Shown here: piece by piece, positions 1 through 10,245 of the stretch
Layout of the letters: every line of letters begins with the position of its first letter
Position numbering within the stretch: position 1 is the stretch's first letter
Source: Macrostomum lignano
Lineage: Eukaryota
Assembly: GCA_002269645.1 (NCBI GenBank)
Contig: NIVC01001653.1
Location: forward strand, 1 to 64,000
Reading direction: 5' to 3'
DNA length: 64,000 bases
The notes under the pieces: model-generated
What the model was told of the DNA's origin: nothing
Databases searched by the model: none
Seen by the model: only the letters and a program-made list of their open reading frames with translations
Position numbers and translations under genes: made by a program

Positions 1-700
1 TCAGGCACAATGCAACACAAACAAGACACAAGGATCAGGCACAATGCAACACGTACAAGACACAAGGATCAGGCACAATGCAACACAAACAAGACACAAG
101 GATCAGGCACAATGCAACACACACAAGACACAAGGATCAGGCACAATGCAACACACACAAGTCACAAGGATCAGCACAATGCAACACACACAAGACACAA
201 GGATCAGGCACAATGCAAACACACACAAGACACAAGGATCAGGCACAATGCAACACACACAAGACACAAGGGTCAGGCAAAATGCAACACACACAAGTCA
301 CAAGGATCAGGCACAATGCAACACACACAAGACACAAGGATCAGGCACAATGCAACACGTACAAGACACAAGGATCAGGCACAATGCAATACACGTAAAA
401 CACAAGGATCAGGCACAATGCAACACGTACAAGACACAAGGATCAGGCACAATGCAACACACACAAGACACAAGGATCAGGCACAATGCAACACACACAA
501 GTCACAAGGATCAGGCACAATGCAACACACACAATTCACAAGGATCAGGCACAATGCAACACACAGAAGACACAAGGATCAGGCAAAATGCAACACACAC
601 AAGACACAAGGATCAGGCACAATGCAACACACACAAGACACAAGGATCAGGCACAATGCAACACACACAAGACACAAGGATCAGGCACAATGCAACACAT
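1..700. repeat. 34-bp minisatellite (TCAGGCACAATGCAACACACACAAGACACAAGGA)n, about 20 copies, truncated by the window start
   Basis: Tandem units are directly visible. ORFs 10..774, 44..718, 78..398 and 486..1028 are translations of this repeat. Confidence 0.95.
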
Positions 701-703
701 TAC

Positions 704-980
704 CACTGCACTCACTAAGCACAATGTCACTGCCTGGCATCCAGAGCTCCGCGCCATCGGAAAGTGTCAACTGACCCGAGACCGGAGAAGGCCAATATGC
801 CAGCTGGCCGACCGGACATTGGAGTCCCGTTGGGTCCAGCTGATCCGCAGGCTACAGAATGTGTCCGTGGCTGCTGCACCAATTAGCGAACAGACGCCAA
901 CAAAGCTAGCAATGGCTCCAGCCAGGTACAGCCTCCATGTGATGATGACTAAGGACATGACATTGGCAAGGGGCTCCTCT
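704..980 (-). CDS. Possible coding exon of a minus-strand gene (unknown protein)
   Basis: The minus strand reads PADQLDPTGLQCPVGQLAYWPSPVSGQLTLSDGAELWMPGSDIVLSECS (851-704) and ends at a GTAATG donor next to the 34-bp repeat. Upstream lies a hydrophobic MSLVIITWRLYLAGAIASFVGVCSLIGAAA segment in a different frame, which needs either a weak TAG acceptor at 852-854 or a 1-nt indel. Confidence 0.3.
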
Positions 981-1482
981 GCAAAATATTCGATAGAAAT
1001 AGGGACTGAGAGCCATTTTAGCAGGTAGACATCTTACTAACAACAATCTGGACAATTAATCTAATCAACTGCTGTTTACGTTCGAAACAGAAAATTAGCA
1101 GAAATAAGCGAGGGTCAAAAAGTCCGTGAAAAATTTGATATACTTTTAGAAACTGCGGTCATTTGCAAAAGATGCGTAAATTCTATTTCTACAAACTTCT
1201 TTTCTTGCTTGGCCATGTTAATCTGGCCATGTGTACGCGCAAAAGTTCATCTCTGGGCGCGTTTTAGGTGAAGGAAGTACGTCGATGCGGCGAAGCTAGC
1301 CAATTTCCTAGAAACTCTGAAAATCCGACTGTGCGGTGGCAGTACAGGGCAAGCCCGCAGACAAACTTCCTCTAACGACTGTTCGCAATAAGTTTCTCTG
1401 CTTCATGAAAAATAGATTTTGTTTCTTCAGTAATCTTTACCAACTTACCATATATTCCATATCAGCTATGGCCCCTACCCAC

Positions 1483-3290
1483 TTAGTCAATGATAGGCTT
1501 AGTCAGTAGTTTACTCAATCGGTAGGTTAGTCAATCGGTAGGTTAGTCAATCGGTAGCTTAGTCAATCGGTAGCTTAGTCAATCTGTAGCTTAGTCAATC
1601 GGTAGCTTAGTCAATCGGTAGCTTAGTCAATCGGTAGCTTAGTCAATCGGTAGCTTAGTCAATCGGTAGCTTAGTCAATCGGTAGCTTAGTCAATCGGTA
1701 GCTTAGTCAATCGGTAGCTTAGTCAATCGGTAGCTTAGTCAATCGGTAGCTTAGTCAATCTGTAGCTTAGTCAATCGGTAGCTTAGTCAATCGGTAGCTT
1801 AGTCAATCGGTAGCTTAGTCAATCGGTAGCTTAGTCAATCGGTAGCTTAGTCAATCGGTAGCTTAGTCAATCGGTAGCTTAGTCAATCGGTCGCTTAGTC
1901 AATCGGTAGCTTAGTCAATCGGTAGCTTAGTCAATCGGTAGCTTAGTCAATCGGTAGCTTAGTCAATCGGTAGCTTAGTCAATCGGTAGCTTAGTCAATC
2001 GGTAGCTTAGTCAATCGGTAGCTTAGTCAATCGGTAGCTTAGTCAATCGGTAGTTTACTCAATCGGTAGCTTAGTCAATCGGTAGCTTAGTCAATCGGTA
2101 GTTTACTCAATCGGTAGCTTAGTCAATCGGTAGCTTAGTCAATCGGTAGCTTAGTCAATCGGTAGCTTAGTCAATCGGTAGCTTAGTCAATCGGTAGCTT
2201 AGTCAATCGGTAGCTTAGTCAATCGGTAGCTTAGTCAATCGGTAGCTTAGTCAATCGGTAGCTTAGTCAATCGGTAGCTTAGTCAATCGGTAGCTTAGTC
2301 AATCGGTAGCTTAGTCAATCGGTAGCTTAGTCAATCGGTAGCTTAGTCAATCGGTAGCTTAGTCAATCGGTAGCTTAGTCAATCGGTAGCTTAGTCAATC
2401 GGTAGCTTAGTCAATCGGTAGCTTAGTCAATCGGTAGCTTAGTCAATCGGTAGGTTAGTCAATCGGTAGCTTAGTCAATCTGTAGCTTAGTCAATCGGTA
2501 CCTTAGTCAATCGGTAGCTTAGTCAATCGGTAGCTTAGTCAATCGGTAGCTTAGTCAATCTGTAGCTTAGTCAATCGGTAGCTTAGTCAATCGGTAGCTT
2601 AGTCAATCGGTAGCTTAGTCAATCGGTAGCTTAGTCAATCGGTACCTTAGTCAATCGGTAGCTTAGTCAATCGGTACCTTAGTCAATCGGTAGCTTAGTC
2701 AATCGGTAGCTGAGTCAATCGGTAGCTTAGTCAATCGGTAGCTTAGTCAATCGGTAGTTTACTCAATCGGTAGCTTAGTCAATCGGTAGCTTAGTCAATC
2801 GGTAGCTTAGTCAATCGGTAGCTTAGTCAATCGGTAGCTTAGTCAATCGGTAGCTTAGTCAATCGGTAGCTTAGTCAATCGGTAGCTTAGTCAATCGGTA
2901 GCTTAGTCAATCGGTAGCTTAGTCAATCGGTAGCTTAGTCAATCGGTAGCTTAGTCAATCGGTAGCTTAGTCAATCGGTAGCTTAGTCAATCGGTAGCTT
3001 AGTCAATCGGTAGCTTAGTCAATCGGTAGCTTAGTCAATCGGTAGCTTAGTCAATCGGTAGCTTAGTCAATCGGTAGCTTAGTCAATCGGTAGCTTAGTC
3101 AATCGGTAGCTTAGTCAATCGGTAGCTTAGTCAATCGGTAGCTTAGTCAATCGGTACCTTAGTCAATCGGTAGCTTAGTCAATCGGTAGTTTACTCAATC
3201 GGTAGCTTAGTCAATCGGTAGCTTAGTCAATAGGTAGCTTAGTCAATCGGTAGCTTAGTCAATGACTATCGGAGTAAATCAGTAGCTTAG
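1483..3290. repeat. 16-bp minisatellite (AGTCAATCGGTAGCTT)n, about 110 copies
   Basis: Highly homogeneous tandem units with rare variants (TAGTTTACTC, TACC, TGTAG). Confidence 0.97.
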
Positions 3291-4254
3291 CAACTTTGAC
3301 TCACCTTACCAAAAGCTGCTAAAGGTGCAAACCAGCAAACAGAACGCAGGTTTCAAAATAAAAGGGTCCACCAAAAAAAGGTAATGGAAAAGAAGTTTTC
3401 AAAGCTGGCAGACTAAATACAGTTCCACATAATTGTTCCGTTGGCAGACGGCAAACACGAAAAAGTTTTGCGACCAATCAGCGAAAAAATCAGCTAATGA
3501 AAAAGTTAGGTCTATCTGCACAGGTCTAAGTTCCTCCTGGGCCAAGAAGGTGCAGGGCATGACTGATGATGGTTCCTATGCCTGTTCTTTCTGTTGCCTG
3601 CATGGCTTTATGGATACGAGCTTTCCATCATCCTGCTTCTCCTGCTAGAGCGGACCTGCGGATGTACATACATAACCTACAGGTCGCGTGATCTACATGT
3701 AGACTGATGCTCGTCTTGAAGTGAAATTGACGTTGAAATATTCTGTCGACGTCAGCATGAGAATCCTTTTTCGGAGCTAACCTCCTGTTGGATTATCCTG
3801 ATTGACTTACTGATTCAACCCAGCAGAGCACAATATTCACAAGCTGATGTCCCAAGAGAACAAGGGACAACTTGATATCTCTCGAACACTGCTCCGCCTG
3901 AGTTCTGCAGTAGAGATCGCCGCTTTTGATAGAGAACTTCTGCTAGACCGATTTAACAGGGAGGCTAATTGGGATTTTAAGAATCATTTCGTCTTCGTGT
4001 AGGCAAGTCCGTTCCGTGTTCGGTTCTGGGTCGGTGCGCATACAAAAAATCACATTGAAAAGTGATATGCATTTTCAAGTTGATTAACTAAACCAATGAA
4101 GTTGGAAATCCATTCGTTTCTATGGACTATTCGGTATTTATGGGAATTTCGGCCATTCGACCCTTCACCCTCTGGTCGTTCTCTAGAGATCACCATTCTT
4201 ATTTAATCAGTGACAGTCGTTTGCTCGCATTAAATCAAAATTTGGTGACAAGAA

Positions 4255-4830
4255 GGGGTTGTAGCCTAGTGGGTTGTAGCCTAGTGGGTTGTAGCCTAGT
4301 GGGTTGTAGCCTAGTGGGTTGTAGCCTAGGGGTTGTAGCCTAGTGGGTTGTAGCCTAGTGGGTTGTAGCCTAGTGGGTTGTAGCCTAGTGGGTTGTAGCC
4401 TAGTGGGTTGTAGCCTAGTGGGTTGTAGCCTAGGGGGTTGTAGCCTAGTGGGTTGTAGCCTAGTGGGTTGTAGCCTAGTGGGTTGTAGCCTAGTGGGTTG
4501 TAGCCTAGTGGGTTGTAGCCTAGTGGGTTGTAGCCTAGTGGGTTGTAGCCTAGTGGGTTGTAGCCTAGTGGGTTGTAGCCTAGGGGTTGTAGCCTAGTGG
4601 GTTGTAGCCTAGTGGGTTGTAGCCTAGTGGGTTGTAGCCTAGTGGGTTGTAGCCTAGTGGGTTGTAGCCTAGTGGGTTGTAGCCTAGTGGGTTGTAGCCT
4701 AGTGGGTTGTAGCCTAGTGGGTTGTAGCCTAGTGGGTTGTAGCCTAGTGGGTTGGAGCCTAGTGGGTTGTAGCCTAGTGGGTTGTAGCCTAGTGGGTTGT
4801 AGCCTAGTGGGTTGGAGCCTAGTGGGTTGG
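4255..4830 (+). repeat. 15-bp tandem array (GGGTTGTAGCCTAGT)n, about 38 copies, equal to the SINE 5' end and A-box
   Basis: The unit is identical to the start of the SINE copy at 27589 (GGGGTTGTAGCCTAGTGGTTAGAGCG). Confidence 0.95.
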
Positions 4831-5115
4831 AGCGACGGACTCCGACTGAAAGGTCGGGGGTTCGATTCTCGACCCAATCGGAACGATTTGTGTCCTTGAG
4901 CAAGACACTTAACTCTGCATTGCTTCAGTTCACCCAGCTGTAAAATGGGTGCCAGCATTAGCTGGGGTAATTGAGGCTGTGTGGCGACCCCCCCAGTCCT
5001 TGGACTGAAAGCCGTACACAGCCTTCAGATACGCCGCGCAATGGCTGCGGCTGAGCTGTCGGTTGCACATCTGGCCCAATTGGGGCAGGTGTAATCAATA
5101 ATAATCATTATTATT
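4255..5115 (+). mobile_element. tRNA-derived CORE-type SINE whose 5' end is tandemly amplified
   Basis: B-box GGTTCGATTC, followed by a MIR-CORE-like block (TGTGTCCTTGAGCAAGACACTTAACTCTGCATTGCTTCAGTTCACCCAGCTGTAAAATGGG), a 3' region shared with the copy at 11507, and an AAT/ATT tail. Confidence 0.85.
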
Positions 5116-5568
5116 GTTGGCAAGGTTATAAGTTAAACGGGACCCTAACATCTACTGCCAGCAATATATTAAGTTCTGTTTGAAGAGTGCTTCGAGGTAA
5201 TTAATAAAGGATTTCGTAATTGCTTGACAGTATGCCTTTTTTAGCGTGAATTTAAATTGGATTTAGGTGATCGAAAGCAATTTAGGATGCTCTCATCTTA
5301 ATTCCGTAGCCTGATTCTAGTGTTTCGGCACACAAGTCTCGGCAGTCGGAGTTCAATTTTCAATGTTAGCTATATGGCTGGTTGGTTGCAGCATCTTGCC
5401 TGCCAACTGGAGGCTAAATTTACACTGATTAATATTTAATTCAAGATTTTCGAGACAACAGATTAAATATGATAAATTTGACTAGCTGCAAAGTGGGTTA
5501 TACTTTATACAGGCCACCCGAAGCGGGCATATTATTAGAATACAATTTGTGTTAAAAAGCCCCGCGCT

Positions 5569-5801
5569 GGAAATTCCAAAGAATTATTTCTCTATCCACG
5601 CAGATTCGTGTCCCGCTATTTCCTAGAAACATCACGAACCTGTTGCTATTTTTAGCAACAGCCGCATTGGGTCACCCCCGGCCCCCGCCAGCCAGGCAAA
5701 ATGGTGGGCGCTGCGGCGACGGCGGCGGCGGTGCCGAAATCTGTGAAAACTAGGAATTTCCAGGGAATTGAGTAGCACCATCTGGACGATGCTGATATAA
5801 A
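5569..5801 (+). promoter_or_regulatory. Putative promoter: TATAAA (5796-5801), kB-like sites (5569-5577, 5753-5761) and STAT/GAS-like sites (5620-5628, 5758-5767)
   Basis: The motifs GGAAATTCC, GGAATTTCC, TTCCTAGAA, TTCCAGGGAA and TATAAA are directly visible 60-290 bp upstream of the ATG at 5861. Function is inferred. Confidence 0.4.
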
Positions 5802-5860
5802 GCTGCCAGGTCGACAGCGATTTGCAATGTTAACAGATAAAATTTCGACACACAGAGAAA

Positions 5861-6971
5861 ATGCGACTCAATTTGCTGCTCGCTTTGATGTTCACCTCGG
5901 CGGCCGCCTGCGAGCTGCCGATGCTGGGCGAGGAGCTCGGCCGCCGCGGCTGCCAGGAGCGGCGTCACCTGGCCCGCGGCATCGACCTCGCCTATCGGCA
6001 CTTGCAGAAAGTCCGCCTGCTGCTGAGCCGGTTCGAGTCGGCTGCTGGGACCACCGATGCCGAAGGTGGCGGCGACAGCAACTCGTGGTGTTGGAAGCCG
6101 CTGACAGCTGCGGCAGAGCAGCAGGACTGCGACTTGGTGCGCCTGGCTGAGTTCCGACTGCGCCTGATGACCGCTGCAGTGCGCGGCCTGCAGACCTGCC
6201 CAGGATGGTAGGCTTAGCAACTGGCTTTTTTCCGATTCGAAAATACCCCAAGCTCGAAAAATACCCCACGCTCGAAAAATACACCACGCTCGAAAAATAC
6301 CCTAGGCTCGAAAAATACCCTAGGCTCGAAAAATACCCTAGGCTCGAAAAATAGTGGGTTGTAGCCTAGTGGCTTCGAAAGTTCGAAAGTTCGAAAAATA
6401 CCCCACCCCAAGCTCGAAAAATACCCCACCCCAAGCACAAAAAATACTCCAAGCTCATAAATTCCCCAAGCTAAACACAATCTATCTCGTCTGCAGCGAT
6501 CGGGATTCAGTCTGGCTCGCCCGCCACCTCGCACGGCGCATCTTCGCCCTGAACGCCACAGTCTTCAGTGACTTGCCAAGGCCGCAGTCGCCGGAATGGC
6601 CGCAGTCGCTGCAGTCGGAGGCGGCCCGTCAGCTCGCCTGCCTGGAGGCGGCCGCCAAGCCGGCGCAGGCAGCGTCAGCCAGCCTTCAGCGGCCGTGGAG
6701 CCGGCGGCGGCGTCAGCGCTGGCTCGGCCGGTTTGTCACCGAGTTGCGCGCAGCGGCGGCGGAGCTTGAGTCGGAGTTCGGCGCCCAACCGGCCGCGGAG
6801 CTCCTGGCTTCGGCCAACGACGAGGCCGAATGCAACCAACTCGTCAAGGAGGAGCAGGCCGACCAGCTGACAGCGTTGACAGACGACTACAGCGGCAGCG
6901 TCACCTGGGAGACCAGCACAGTGAGGAGCGCGGACATTGCGGATCTGGAGACGAGTTCCATCGCTACTTGA
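5861..6971 (+). CDS. Secreted, mostly alpha-helical Cys-containing protein, 273 aa; exons 5861-6207 and 6497-6971; helical-cytokine-like (hypothesis)
   Basis: Signal peptide MRLNLLLALMFTSAAA. A phase-2 GTAGGC...CTGCAG intron joins ORF 5861..6211 to ORF 6354..6971 in frame (TG+C = Cys, giving CPGC). Both exons are GC-rich, and a CTAAAC branch-like motif precedes the acceptor. Confidence 0.7.
6237..6475. repeat. Degenerate ~18-bp tandem repeat (CTCGAAAAATACCCTAGG-like) filling the intron
   Basis: Repeated CGAAAAATACCC units are visible. Confidence 0.85.
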
Positions 6972-7704
6972 TGACGCATGCTCAGGGACTCTCTTTAGCA
7001 CAAGGACGCTCGGTACGTGTTCGAACAGCTTCCAAAGAGTCAGCGATAAACGCGCAAATCCGATTCTTGCACCGAAGGTTCCCGGATTTGATCGATTTCT
7101 TTGAGGCTAATATCTAAGGCTATGTTAGACTTCTTATTCGTGGACTGTGAGAGCTACAGGGCTCTGTCTGCTAGCAATTGTATGCTCTTTTCGGAATGTT
7201 TGTATTACTTTCTTTGACCCCAACTGGGGGGCCAGATCGCTAGTCCATGCACTAAACAGATTTGTGGTCTTCTAAAATTCAGCTATCCAAAAGCGTCAAT
7301 GAGGCTTGAATAATTCTGCCTAATGTTAATTGCAGGTTTCGCAGCAGTGCTTTTGCAGGGTTATAATCATACTGTCCACTCTCGTACAATATTTAATTCA
7401 CACATTTGCTAACTCCGCTAGTGGCTTTCTGCGACATTCATTGCACTACAATCCGTTCGCATAATTCAGTAAAACACAGATTTCTAAAAATGCTTCATTG
7501 CCATATATATTTTACTTAATAGAAGAATTTCGAATTTTTAGTAATCTGTTTTATGATCCGCCGTTTTGCGAATGATAAATAAATAGCTTCTTCTCAGTGT
7601 GTTTATTCATCAATACCCTTCGCTCACTCGCTTGAATCTTGTTAATACGACAAAATTTGGTAAAATTTATGAATGCGTTTGCCTGGAATATGACTAGAGT
7701 TTAA

Positions 7705-7900
7705 TAGATCATGACGAGACTATGACTAAATTAGACTAGATCATGACTAGACTATGACTAGATTAGACTAGATCAAGACTAGACTATGACTAGATTAGAC
7801 TAGATCATGATTAGACTATGACTGGATCATGGCTAGATCATGACTAGACTATGACTGGATCATGACTAGACTATGACTGGATCATGACTAGACTATGACT
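7705..7900. repeat. Degenerate 22/33-bp repeat (GATCATGACTAGACTATGACT...)
   Basis: Tandem units are visible. Confidence 0.85.
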
Positions 7901-8395
7901 GGGCCGCAAGCCACCGCCGCCACTGAATGACGACGTCGTCGACTTTGCTGACGTCACGGCCACCGCCGCTGCCGCCCCAGCCGACTGCGGCGCTGATTTG
8001 GGCAGGCCGGCGCTTGCGCGGACCTCGCGCTCGATGTCGTCAAGCTCGTGGCGGACCCGGTCTAGCAGTCCGGATGGGCCGACTTTGCCGGGTGCCGGTG
8101 CCGCTGAAGTGGTCGATGATGGAGCCGGTTGCCTCGGCGGTTCGCGCCGCCTATCCTGTGCGACAGCGGTCGGCGGCGATGCGTCCAGCGACTTGTCGCG
8201 CTGCTGCATCCAGGCGTCACGGCGGCTCTGCAGCTCGCGCAGGCGCTCTTGAAGGTCCGGACGACCGGCCGCGACTCCGGCGGGGCCCCAGAAGTCTTGC
8301 CTCGACCGGCGCCACCGCCGCCAGCGCGCTTGCCGCCCCCGTTTGATGGGGCTGGGCCGAAGGACATTCCAAGTGGATCACGGGAGCGACAACGG
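7871..8395 (-). CDS. Probable terminal coding exon of a minus-strand gene (low-complexity, coiled-coil-like), frame uncertain
   Basis: GC-rich island in AT-rich DNA with a TTCCAG acceptor at 8396-8401 on the minus strand. Natural-looking segments (DLQERLRELQSRRDAWMQQRDK; LLDRVRHELDDIEREVRA) are present, but a frame change seems needed near 8290-8300. Confidence 0.35.
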
Positions 8396-10245
8396 CTGGA
8401 AATTTCGAATGCAAATACATGCATAAATGCAATCACAGTATTTGAGATGGTTACAGAATTTATTTAAGTTTTTTTACAATAAATCTGCTCTTTTGCAGTC
8501 GTCGCGTTGTGCTCTACTTCGTCATAAAGCTATCAGAATAGATTATTATAGCGGAAAAGCTCAACCAATTTTAAATCCTGGCAAAGGAGAAACCATTAAA
8601 AGTAAATATTTAATCTACTCGTAGCTACGTGCTGCTACATGTTATGTCAAATATAAGGTATGCCCCATGGAATTTAGAAGAGGAAAATATTCATGGAAAT
8701 GAGATCCAGTGTCCCAAAGATTCAATGTGTATCTGGTTTGCTGGTTTAATCTTAAAAGTGTTTTAATAAAACATGCATGTTAAACAAATTTACAAATCTG
8801 TTTCTCAAATATATTTAGATAGTATCACTTAAACCTTTGGAGAATATTCATTGGTTTTATATTTTGAAAAGAAACAGAATGTAAAAAACTAAGCCAGTCA
8901 CATACAAAGAGATTTCTTACTCTTGCTAAAGGTACAACTAATTTTCATCCTAAAAGAAAACTTTTTAGATACATAAAATAGCAGTACTGAAGTTAATAAT
9001 ATTCTAATGCAAAAAACCGTATTGTATAAATCTTTGAGACTTGCATATAGTTAATGATGGCTTGAGCCAAACTTCTAAATGTATTTCTAAATAATGCTTA
9101 AATTGATCAAATCGATTTAAGGCAAGGCAGACGGGCAACTTTTATTATCTAGATATTCTTACATATGTAGAGCACGCGATGCAAGTTTAATTTAAGCCTT
9201 AAAAACCACTTTCAAAATAAAAGTATGCCTCAAATTTTGCTGCACTTGAAATGTTTTATTGAAAATATGTAGTACTTATGTATCTTTTTATTACTTGATT
9301 TATTCTTGTAATAATTATTTTGCTTTAAAATTTGACGTTTTATTTTGTTTTACTTCTCCGTTACTCTGCAAACGGCTAGGGCGATATTTTGGAATTGTAA
9401 ATTAACTGTCATTTTACATTCAACTTTGAAAGGTCAAATATTATGGCTAAAGCTTGTTATAAAGCTTCAACTGCAATGTTAGGCACCTAACACTTGCTCC
9501 TAAAATTCTCGTAAATTAAAGCAAGATTCATTGTTTTTTTGCAATTCAGAGCTGGTATAAGTTAAATAATTATCTACAATATTATATTTTGACAGAACCG
9601 TGTCAACCTTATATATTAGTTTGTACTCGATTAAATTAATTAGTATATGGATAAAAATCCTTTGGATCACGGGTAATAGACTGCTTTCAGTGGAACTAAA
9701 TACGAAAGAATTAAGATTTAATATGGCTGGTATTTCTAAAAAGCTATAGCTTGCACGCCTAGCAAGTCCTAAAATACATCTAGACATTCAAAATGTTTGC
9801 TTGAATTTTAAACGAAATTCAAGTAAATCGATATATACTCGTAGTGTGTAGTGTATATACATGTATAGTGAATAGCTTCAGTGTATGTATTCATTTTTGA
9901 AAAGTTTTAATACTTGATTAATGAAGTATAGTATTTTCATAAACAAGTGGATTTTTATGTAACAATCAACAGTGATTAATAAATTTTACATTTCACTAGT
10001 AATACTGTCTAAAATAAGTAATTAAAATGTCTCGAGAAATACATTAAAGCAGTACCTTTAGCCTTTAGCACCTTTAGAGCGTATTGACCTTTTTAAAAGA
10101 CTTTTCTAATGGTCTTTCTTAATTTTTCTACTTGTCATATGCTTCGAAAATAGATGCAACACATCTATTTAGCATTTACTGATTAATTAATTTTACCATA
10201 CTTCTGTTGCATGATAAAAGAATTTGCACCAGCAACACCAGCCAG

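Noticed and set aside
10-1028. Long repetitive ORFs (254, 224 and 180 aa)
   Set aside because: They are translations of the 34-bp minisatellite in several frames.
4326-4958. ORFs with (LQPTR)n, (LGYNP)n and (GCSLV)n
   Set aside because: They are artefacts of the stop-free 15-bp array.
9500-9787. 95-aa minus-strand ORF as an upstream exon of the 7871-8395 gene
   Set aside because: It is AT-rich, unlike the other exons here, and I could not link it by splice phase.
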